Below, piece after piece: positions 20,526 through 28,302 of a DNA stretch of 64,000 nt; position 1 is the first letter of the stretch; every line of letters begins with the position of its first letter. Under the pieces are notes generated by a model. That model saw nothing but the letters and a program-made list of their open reading frames with translations, ran no database searches and was not told the origin of the DNA. Both the position numbers and the translations under genes were made by a program. The stretch lies in the IMG/VR virus record IMGVR_UViG_3300005805_000044; one strand, given 5' to 3'. Source of the DNA: a virus.

Positions 20526-23174
20526 TTACAAATTTTTGTATATGTTTGAATTTACCATTGTTTCTAAGAAATGACCAATCTCCACTTTGTAGCGTATTGT
20601 TTTTAAATATAAATGTGCTCTGCGAATAAGATCATAATCTTTTAACTTGTCTTCCAGATCATATATACTGTCAATATATAATGGATATGATTCTCCTAAA
20701 TATTCAACAACTGCTGGTAGTCTATTTATAAATAATGGTGTTCCACGTGCAATACACTCAATTATTACGTTATTAGCACTACAATCATACAAATCTAAAT
20801 ATACTAAATTTTCTGACAAAATTTTATCATATTCATCATTTGATAAAAAGTCTAATGTTTTTACAGACTTTCTTTGTTCATCTGTAATATGTTGATTACT
20901 GGTGATTTCCTCGATTTTCTCTAACTCAAAGATCTTATCTTTAGAGTTGTTGTTGGATAACAATCTTATTTTTTTGTAATCGTTTGTTTTTACTGTATAT
21001 AAAGCATTTAGTTTTCGTAACCACCATCCAATAGTTACTAATTTTTTATCTTCATTTTTTACAAATTTATCAAAATCAAATTGTAACTCTGGTATTTCAG
21101 TGGGATGAAATAAACTTTCAACTGGCACATGCGGAATATATTTTCTCACAATTTTAGCATGATATTCTGACAATGTATATATTCCTTTACATTTTCTCAA
21201 ACTTTCTATAAAATATGGATCTTTAAATATTAAATTATTAAACACATTTATATCAGAAAACCATGGCGGTATATTTGGGGGGTTGTGTATGAAACCAATC
21301 CAGGACTTACTGTATGGTATTGTATTTTTTAAAATACATTCATATTTTCTCATCGCAAAGTTATTTTCAATAAACCCATCGCAATATACTCCGTTGTTTG
21401 AATTTAATGCACTTAACCCATGTAAAACGTAATTCCATCCAGATCTATGTGAATAGAAAGAAAGTTGTTTTTCTAAACTAATTTTTTTATTAAATTTGTT
21501 TGAGTCAACAATATTTTTAAATTTAATAATAATATCTCCATATTGTCCTTTATCAACTATAACAGATTTATTAATAACTTTTAGTGCATTTTTGAATATA
21601 GATTCATCGAAATTTTCTTCACGTAATTGCAATCTACTGGTATTGTTTTTTATACCGTTAACATAAATATCTACCAATTTAATTCCATATTCTTTGTTTT
21701 GTTCACGACCTATATTAGTTCCATTAGATGTAGTTTCTATATAAAACTTAATGTGTTTTTTATCTTTTGAAATGATTTTAAATGAATACTGGCCACGTTT
21801 TAAATCGTAAGTTTTTTCTATACCATCTACATTCAATCTAAACGATGTGTTTTTTGTAATTTCTAATACTGCTTCGAATTTTAATACACTGTCGCCTACA
21901 ACAATTTCGGCTTCTTTTTTGCTCCATACTCCATTAATTATATTTTCTTTATGCCATCCATCTTTTAACCATATTGGAAACAATGATGAATTTTCTGTGT
22001 CTGTGGTATATGGTTTGTATAATTCAATACTTTCAAAATAAATTGATTTGTTAATATTAACATAATACGATTCTTTAAGTTGATTTACAAAATCATCATA
22101 AGATGGAGATATTCCTTTTGTATTCAAACTTATCCACAATGATTGATTTCGTGAAGACTTATCTCTACTTGATATATTTATCGTGTTATAATTAACCTCA
22201 TATAAATTTTTGTAATCATGCAAATAATCTGTGAGTCCACCATGTAAAGGAGTAACTATATATTTATTTTTTATTTTGGAATTAAAACATGGCAAATTAA
22301 ATCCTTCACCATTAGAAGCGTTGATGTATATATCGACATTATCATATAAACTTTGCATTTGATCAAATGTCATGAAATCATCAATTATTATAATAGGAGC
22401 ATATGCAAAATTTTTATTTTTATTTTTTATTTTATTGACAATAATTTTTTTGATATTATCGTCAGATTGTTTTAAATTCTCTTTAAGATCAGTTAATTTT
22501 AATATTAAAACAGTTTCATCTTCATAACTAAATGTATCCAAATAAGACTCAACTATGAAATTAATATTTTTTCTTAATGCTAATGAAGAAACATTCAAAA
22601 ACTTTACACGGTCAATAATTCTCTCAAAATTTATTGGAACTGAACTATACACCTTCGCATGATTAATTAAATCAACTAATTGATATTTTTTATATGAAAT
22701 ATCTGGAATTGTGTGTGGTTCAACAATTATGTCTTTTTTGACACCAGAATTAATAAAAATTTCTCTGCACCATGTAGATGGCACACTCACAATGTTGACA
22801 ATACTTTTATTTATATGATTGACCCAATCTTCTGGCAAAGGATCAAAATCCCACACAGTTCTACCTATTATTTTTTTATCAAATAATAGATCTTTATTTT
22901 CTTCAATCAATCTATTCCATGTATCGGGAGATGAGTGTATAACTACTTCAGCACCTTCTAACTTTTTAATACGATTAAATAACGGTAACTTTTTTACATT
23001 ATTTTTATAAAAGTTGTAATATTCAGTTCCATCATTTTTATGAGGTATAGTTAAAGGGTAAAAATATACTTCATTATCATTTTTTATTAAATCATAAATA
23101 TACCCTTTTATCGCATTCGCATATCCACTTACACCATCTGCTCCAAAATAAATAACTTTTTTCTTAGAATCCAT
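20526..23174 (-). CDS. Multidomain glycosyltransferase (GT4 + beta-sandwich module + second GT-B-like domain)
   Basis: VSGYA, RKN, GEGFNLP; central GWHKE..VWS; C-terminal HRSGW and SANNVIIECIARGTP. Confidence 0.75.
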   Translation of the reverse strand: MDSKKKVIYFGADGVSGYANAIKGYIYDLIKNDNEVYFYPLTIPHKNDGTEYYNFYKNNVKKLPLFNRIKKLEGAEVVIHSSPDTWNRLIEENKDLLFDKKIIGRTVWDFDPLPEDWVNHINKSIVNIVSVPSTWCREIFINSGVKKDIIVEPHTIPDISYKKYQLVDLINHAKVYSSVPINFERIIDRVKFLNVSSLALRKNINFIVESYLDTFSYEDETVLILKLTDLKENLKQSDDNIKKIIVNKIKNKNKNFAYAPIIIIDDFMTFDQMQSLYDNVDIYINASNGEGFNLPCFNSKIKNKYIVTPLHGGLTDYLHDYKNLYEVNYNTINISSRDKSSRNQSLWISLNTKGISPSYDDFVNQLKESYYVNINKSIYFESIELYKPYTTDTENSSLFPIWLKDGWHKENIINGVWSKKEAEIVVGDSVLKFEAVLEITKNTSFRLNVDGIEKTYDLKRGQYSFKIISKDKKHIKFYIETTSNGTNIGREQNKEYGIKLVDIYVNGIKNNTSRLQLREENFDESIFKNALKVINKSVIVDKGQYGDIIIKFKNIVDSNKFNKKISLEKQLSFYSHRSGWNYVLHGLSALNSNNGVYCDGFIENNFAMRKYECILKNTIPYSKSWIGFIHNPPNIPPWFSDINVFNNLIFKDPYFIESLRKCKGIYTLSEYHAKIVRKYIPHVPVESLFHPTEIPELQFDFDKFVKNEDKKLVTIGWWLRKLNALYTVKTNDYKKIRLLSNNNSKDKIFELEKIEEITSNQHITDEQRKSVKTLDFLSNDEYDKILSENLVYLDLYDCSANNVIIECIARGTPLFINRLPAVVEYLGESYPLYIDSIYDLEDKLKDYDLIRRAHLYLKTIRYKVEIGHFLETMVNSNIYKNL

Positions 23175-23180
23175 TTGGAA

Positions 23181-23187
23181 ATAAATA
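23181..23187 (-). promoter_or_regulatory. TATTTAT box (putative late promoter)
   Basis: 6 nt before ATG 23174. Recurrent motif. Confidence 0.5.
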
Positions 23188-23218
23188 GTGTGAGTGGATA
23201 TAATCTTACTTTTTACAA

Positions 23219-24178
23219 TTACTTAGATATTACCTTTATGATCTTTGCTATACATGCCATGAAAGTAATTTCTTTGTCAATCACTAACGCATTTTGATAC
23301 AAACTTTCAGATATGTCTACAATCACACTAATACTATGTCCATTGTCATATTCTGGCGATTTATTATACAACTCAGAATACAACTCATCAAAGTGTTTGA
23401 TTCCTGCATCATTTACCAACTGTCTAATCTCAGTAAATGCCTTCTTGTTGGTCTTGACGGTCTTTAGAATTGAAACCAATTTGTTCTTAACATCCGCGTT
23501 TGCGGTCTGAAGTTTGACCAGTTCCAAGTTACCACTGGTTGAACTCTGTTGAACAACATTGACGATTTTACGAATATCTGGATAATACTCTTTAACCACA
23601 GTCGCAACAGTTGGCATATCATATGTAATATTCTCCTTTGTAAGGATCTTAACAATATACATTGCTACATCCTTCATCGTAGGAGGTTCCAACTTGAACA
23701 CTTGAGTTCTACTGAACAACGGTTCAATAATCTTATCAATGTAGTTACAAGTAAGAATAAATCTGGTTGTCTTACTGTAGGTCTCCATCAGATTACGAAG
23801 TGATGCCTGTGAGTTTGTAGACATATAATCGGACTCATCAAGAATTACAATCTTAAGATCATTGAAACCCATCGTTGAAGCAAATGGCTTGATCTTATCA
23901 CGAACAAAATCAACACCAGTATTATCTGATGCGTTGACATACATTACATCACATGGAATATTCTTGGTAATAATCTTCGCAAGTGTAGTCTTACCAGTTC
24001 CTGCATTACCATGAAACAACAAATGTCCAGGCACATCTTTCTTGGTAATAAAGTCTGAGATGATGGATCTGACACGTTCATCACAGATATAATCTTCCAA
24101 TGTGTCTGGACGATACTTTTCAGCCCAAACGCCATGATCAGAAACTTGAGGTTGTTCTGTTTCAGTAAAGAAACTCAT
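23219..24178 (-). CDS. gp44: Clamp loader large subunit (RFC/gp44-like AAA+)
   Basis: WAEKYRP, GNAGTGKTT, NASD, ILDESD, FILTCN. Confidence 0.92.
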   Translation of the reverse strand: MSFFTETEQPQVSDHGVWAEKYRPDTLEDYICDERVRSIISDFITKKDVPGHLLFHGNAGTGKTTLAKIITKNIPCDVMYVNASDNTGVDFVRDKIKPFASTMGFNDLKIVILDESDYMSTNSQASLRNLMETYSKTTRFILTCNYIDKIIEPLFSRTQVFKLEPPTMKDVAMYIVKILTKENITYDMPTVATVVKEYYPDIRKIVNVVQQSSTSGNLELVKLQTANADVKNKLVSILKTVKTNKKAFTEIRQLVNDAGIKHFDELYSELYNKSPEYDNGHSISVIVDISESLYQNALVIDKEITFMACIAKIIKVISK

Positions 24179-24186
24179 AATTTATA

Positions 24187-24924
24187 TTAGTCAATATTCT
24201 TGAATTCGATCAGAAAATAATTACTGTTGAACAAATCATTGTTGAACTCAACGTTCGCAATACCTGCGTCACTGATCTTCAATACAGCATTATCACAATC
24301 AGTGTTTGAAGTCAAGATCTCCTTTAGATACTTAGCACTGAAATGAAGCGTCTTACTAATCTTATCCTTACCCTCAGATGCTTTGATATCAATATTGATT
24401 CTATTACTGTTGGTATTGCTATACCCCAACGTCATCTTGATCTTACCCTTCTTATCGGCGTTAAGTGTAAAAATATCAATATCACTCAATGCACCTTTTG
24501 CCTTAACAAATGTAGAAACAAACTCCTTGGTCAACGGAATCTCCAAATTGAATGGAGGCAACTTCTTGAGTTCAGCAGTCTTAGGAATAACACTTAGATC
24601 TGCGGTAACATACTGAATGTCGGTATCGACACTATTGATCATAAGTGACGTTACCTTGTCGTTGGTCTTGACTGGAGAGATGGTTACATCATCACCAAGA
24701 ACCGTCAACATCTTCTTTAACTTGGCAGTGTCATTAACACCAATTTCCAAGTCTTCAAGACCATCGTTATCCTTGATGGTTACAAATGCCAAAACATTCT
24801 TATCATCACTGATTGCGGATGTCTTGATGGTCTTTTCCTTTGAGTTAACTACCCACTTAACAGATTCAATGGTTCCGTTGAGTGAATACTTGTCTATAAA
24901 TGTGTTTAGTGTATTTTTCTTCAT
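24187..24924 (-). CDS. gp45: DNA polymerase sliding clamp (gp45-like)
   Basis: 245-aa two-domain beta-rich protein with YVTADLSVI. Directly upstream of clamp loader as in T4-like phages. Confidence 0.75.
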   Translation of the reverse strand: MKKNTLNTFIDKYSLNGTIESVKWVVNSKEKTIKTSAISDDKNVLAFVTIKDNDGLEDLEIGVNDTAKLKKMLTVLGDDVTISPVKTNDKVTSLMINSVDTDIQYVTADLSVIPKTAELKKLPPFNLEIPLTKEFVSTFVKAKGALSDIDIFTLNADKKGKIKMTLGYSNTNSNRINIDIKASEGKDKISKTLHFSAKYLKEILTSNTDCDNAVLKISDAGIANVEFNNDLFNSNYFLIEFKNID

Positions 24925-24933
24925 AACTTTACT

Positions 24934-24962
24934 ATGCTACTATACTTGCTTGTTTGTGTCAA
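24934..24962 (-). promoter_or_regulatory. Sigma70-type promoter for clamp/clamp loader
   Basis: TTGACA-17-TAGCAT. Confidence 0.55.
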
Positions 24963-25372
24963 ACTGTTTCAAAAAATTCTTCTGGAATCACCGAAATATT
25001 TTCTTTATTCTTGATACATTTCTCTAATTGATTATCTTTGAGATAAAACAAATGTTCGGGCGATATGTAGAAGTTACCAATTTTATAATCTGCATACGCA
25101 ACACTACGCATCTGATAATATACCTTGACGTTTGTGTTGTTTGTTCTAAATTCTATATAATATACTTTTGGATCACTTAATCTATACAACTGACTCTTAG
25201 GAATGTATAGTTTATCACAATATATTTGATTACTAGTAAATTCAACATATGGTCCACGTTGACCAATTACTACACGTTGATATTGAGTAGCAATTTCATC
25301 ATCTACAGAGGTATATATCTTTATTTTATCACCGTCTATTGGTAACTGTAACAGGTCTTCGTATTTTTTCAT
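24959..25372 (-). CDS. Hypothetical protein
   Basis: 137-aa ORF with motif-like YQRVVIGQRGPYVEF and V.YADYK. Confidence 0.6.
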   Translation of the reverse strand: MKKYEDLLQLPIDGDKIKIYTSVDDEIATQYQRVVIGQRGPYVEFTSNQIYCDKLYIPKSQLYRLSDPKVYYIEFRTNNTNVKVYYQMRSVAYADYKIGNFYISPEHLFYLKDNQLEKCIKNKENISVIPEEFFETV

Positions 25373-25385
25373 TCAATGACATTAT

Positions 25386-26024
25386 TTACTTTTTGAAAGC
25401 AGCTGCTAATCCATAGTCGTCTAGATTAGTGCAATACTCTATCACAGTGTAAATGTTTCTGTCAATGAAATCCAAAAATATATTTGGTCCTGGATGATAA
25501 TTGGTATCGTGAAATATTACAACACCTTTGTCTGATAACAAATCTGAATACTTCCAGTCATTAATAACAGTATTGATTGAGTGCCATCCATCTATGAACA
25601 ATACATCTATTTTGTTCATACCAATTTCTTTAAGATAATTTCGAATAATATCTTGATCATGAGAGTTGGATCTGATTGTATATACTTTGTTTTCGTTATC
25701 GTTTAGAAAAGATTTATCGTCTAAATCGATTCCACAATAAATTCCATCTTTAGTTTTTCGTTTTATTAATGTATGAGTAAATGACCTATTTCCATTACGT
25801 GCCACACCAATCTCTACTATATTTTTTACTAAAATTTTATCTAAAATTGTCTCCAAAGAACTCAAATTACAATCAGTTATTTCTAGATATGGTCTAATTT
25901 CTTCATAAGCATATCCCATATCATCGTAATTATTTAAATCCGGGTTGACAAAACTTGGAATTTGTAGTAATCCAAATATATCAGTTTTGTATTTGACTAT
26001 TTGATCTTTATAACACTCTTTCAT
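25386..26024 (-). CDS. Class I SAM-dependent methyltransferase (Methyltransf_24-like)
   Basis: IVEIGV, GID, LFIDGWH, VIFHDT. Confidence 0.8.
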   Translation of the reverse strand: MKECYKDQIVKYKTDIFGLLQIPSFVNPDLNNYDDMGYAYEEIRPYLEITDCNLSSLETILDKILVKNIVEIGVARNGNRSFTHTLIKRKTKDGIYCGIDLDDKSFLNDNENKVYTIRSNSHDQDIIRNYLKEIGMNKIDVLFIDGWHSINTVINDWKYSDLLSDKGVVIFHDTNYHPGPNIFLDFIDRNIYTVIEYCTNLDDYGLAAAFKK

Positions 26025-26027
26025 ATT

Positions 26028-26354
26028 TCAATCGTTATATTTGTCATTTGCTACTGATGGTGTTTTGATTACTATCAATTCACAATCTTCAAGAAATATT
26101 GGTTTGACCGATTCATTTTTATCAACAACAAAGATTTTGCCAGCATCAATTAAAACATTGTTGATTAACATTTTACCACGAATCAAAAAGTTAATCTCGG
26201 TGCTTAACTTGTGATGGTGTTTTGGCCACTCTTCATCTTTATAATGAAGTTTGTAACTCACTTCGAATTGATCAGTCTTAAATACTGTTGGTTCAAAGTT
26301 TCCAATAAACCAACCTCCTTGTTTCATGTATGGGTTAGAATCAAAAATTTGCAT
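26028..26354 (-). CDS. Small cupin-fold protein
   Basis: GWFIGNFEP, HHHK..TEIN (cupin motif 1), GKM, VIKTPS..DK. Confidence 0.72.
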   Translation of the reverse strand: MQIFDSNPYMKQGGWFIGNFEPTVFKTDQFEVSYKLHYKDEEWPKHHHKLSTEINFLIRGKMLINNVLIDAGKIFVVDKNESVKPIFLEDCELIVIKTPSVANDKYND

Positions 26355-27078
26355 ATAACTTTTTAAATTTCTCTAAATCTTGTGGTATACCTATTGGATA
26401 ATGTTCATTGAAGAAATATTGAATTACTTTCATTCCATCATCAATCATATAATTGTAACTAGGTGCGATGTAAAATTCATTGTTTACTGTGTCATTATTG
26501 GCAAACATTTTATCACACGAATTGTAAAAATGTTTTGCTTTAGACCAATAGTGTAAACCATTCGTTGCATAATTGCTTAATACTATCTTTTCCTTAATTT
26601 GAGTTATATTTCCTTCATCGTCTAATTTGATATAACTATTCTTGGAACTGTTTGAATAAAATGTGCCGACCACACCATCAACACCATTCTTATTTGCAAA
26701 ATTAATAAATTTAGGCAAATCAAGATCAAAAATTATCTGGTCACAATTGACTATAATTAACTGTTCTTCTTCATCCAATACTTCTTTTGTAAGATAACAT
26801 GTTTTTGCCGGTCCAGCTTGTAGCTCGTCAACAATAAAATATGTAACATCTATGTCTTGTTCTTTAATATATTCGTAGATGGTATCTATAATATTGTATT
26901 TGGACTCATGTTCTTTTAAGATACAAACTGTAAATGATACATTTAAATGTTGATTAAAGTTTTCCAACACTCTTGCAAGCATAGGTTTTCCATTGACATC
27001 CAACAGAGGCTTGGGTTTGTTTGTATTGAATCTTTTACCCAACCCAGCTGCTGGAATAACAATGTTTAAATGATTCAT
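26341..27078 (-). CDS. BcbE-like sugar nucleotidyltransferase
   Basis: IVIPAAGLGKRF..PKPLL, NCDQ, KEK, NNEFYI, IGIPQDL. ATG 27078 overlaps the RLP stop (ATGA). Confidence 0.85.
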   Translation of the reverse strand: MNHLNIVIPAAGLGKRFNTNKPKPLLDVNGKPMLARVLENFNQHLNVSFTVCILKEHESKYNIIDTIYEYIKEQDIDVTYFIVDELQAGPAKTCYLTKEVLDEEEQLIIVNCDQIIFDLDLPKFINFANKNGVDGVVGTFYSNSSKNSYIKLDDEGNITQIKEKIVLSNYATNGLHYWSKAKHFYNSCDKMFANNDTVNNEFYIAPSYNYMIDDGMKVIQYFFNEHYPIGIPQDLEKFKKLYANF

Positions 27079-28277
27079 TTTTTGCCCCACACTTCTATAG
27101 CTTTGTTATATTCCTCGCCATACACCTTATTTATTGCCTGAACCATAGCTTTAACCCCAGCCTTGGCTCCCATAGGATGTGATGAAATAGATCCTCCAAC
27201 ATTTCCCATCCAGTCAACATGACCAAGTTCATTGGTTATATAATCAATCAAACCAGGATGTAGGCCACAACTCAAAGCTGATACTGAATTCAACTCTACT
27301 AGTTTTTTGATTGATCGTTTCAAACTTTCGGAATCGCTGTTGAGATATCCACCAATCATACCTACATGAAGCGTAGAACATCCACATCTACTAGCAATTT
27401 CAAATAATACCGTTTCATTTATAGAAAAATTATGTTGTGGATTTGTCCAAAGTCTATCTCCACTCTTTTGATAGTGAAGATACATATTTCTGAATGAATC
27501 TTTTACCAACTTATAAGCACCATATCCACTATGAATATTGATGTGGACACCATTGATACCCATCTTTTCTATTTTCTCCACACGACTTTCTAAGTATTTA
27601 TGGTCGCATGTAATGGATGGACAATATACCAACTTAATATTGTTTGTGCGTATATAATTTGCTACACGTTCTAGTCTTTTTCTAATTGAACAAAATGATT
27701 GGTTAGACAATATTTCATCTTCTTTAATAAAGTTACAACCATTGTCTGCATAAATTTTAAACACCTCAAAGTAATCTTCCGCATTCAATCCAATCTTTGG
27801 TTTGATAATTCCACCAAACAATGGTTTATTGTAAGTATTAGTTAACTTACGTATTTCATTCAATCCTAAATTTGGACCAGAAAAGAATGATCTGAAATGT
27901 AGTGAAAATTCAATGTCTTCCAATCTACATTTTTCAATTATATCAATATCAAGTTGTCCGCCCATCAATGTAGTAAGAAAATGTGAGATACCATCCTCTT
28001 TATAATTAAAATTAGTATCCGGGTAAAATATTACTACCTTACCCTCACTTTTATTTGTTTCTTCTACAGATATGATTTTACAACAAAATTTTTCTATTAG
28101 TTTGTCTGTTTCAAACTCAGACCGTTTATTGGGATTGCCAATGCTTTGGCCAATTGCAATTGCTTTAGCAGCTTCATGCAATGTCGTTTTACTTTTTACA
28201 ATGTAGGTAACAAAATTACCATCTTTAACTTCGGACCTATTTTTATAGATAAGACTTTCTATGTTTGATTTTGTCAT
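27075..28277 (-). CDS. RuBisCO-like protein (form IV RLP)
   Basis: RLEDI.F, F.GP.LG, GGIIKPKIGL, NFIKEDE, LHVG, SCGLHPG, VGG.I.SHPMG are collinear with RuBisCO large subunit motifs. ATG 28277 (track start TTG 28292). Confidence 0.88.
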   Translation of the reverse strand: MTKSNIESLIYKNRSEVKDGNFVTYIVKSKTTLHEAAKAIAIGQSIGNPNKRSEFETDKLIEKFCCKIISVEETNKSEGKVVIFYPDTNFNYKEDGISHFLTTLMGGQLDIDIIEKCRLEDIEFSLHFRSFFSGPNLGLNEIRKLTNTYNKPLFGGIIKPKIGLNAEDYFEVFKIYADNGCNFIKEDEILSNQSFCSIRKRLERVANYIRTNNIKLVYCPSITCDHKYLESRVEKIEKMGINGVHINIHSGYGAYKLVKDSFRNMYLHYQKSGDRLWTNPQHNFSINETVLFEIASRCGCSTLHVGMIGGYLNSDSESLKRSIKKLVELNSVSALSCGLHPGLIDYITNELGHVDWMGNVGGSISSHPMGAKAGVKAMVQAINKVYGEEYNKAIEVWGKK

Positions 28278-28294
28278 AAACAATATAATCAATC

Positions 28295-28301
28295 ATATAT
28301 A
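28295..28301 (-). promoter_or_regulatory. TATATAT box upstream of RLP operon
   Basis: Immediately after gp43 stop, 17 nt before ATG 28277. Confidence 0.4.
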
Positions 28302-28302
28302 G

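Noticed and set aside
27075-28277. True CO2-fixing RuBisCO (rbcL) as an auxiliary metabolic gene
   Set aside because: K334, H294/R295, E60 and N123 equivalents appear substituted, and there is no rbcS or prk in the window.
19151-28277. Methionine salvage set MtnW (RLP) + MtnX (HAD) + MtnD (cupin)
   Set aside because: Superficially similar trio, but the HAD is fused to a nucleotidyltransferase, the cupin is only 108 aa, mtnA/mtnB/mtnK are absent, and the RLP is coupled to an NTase. Not fully excluded without phylogeny.
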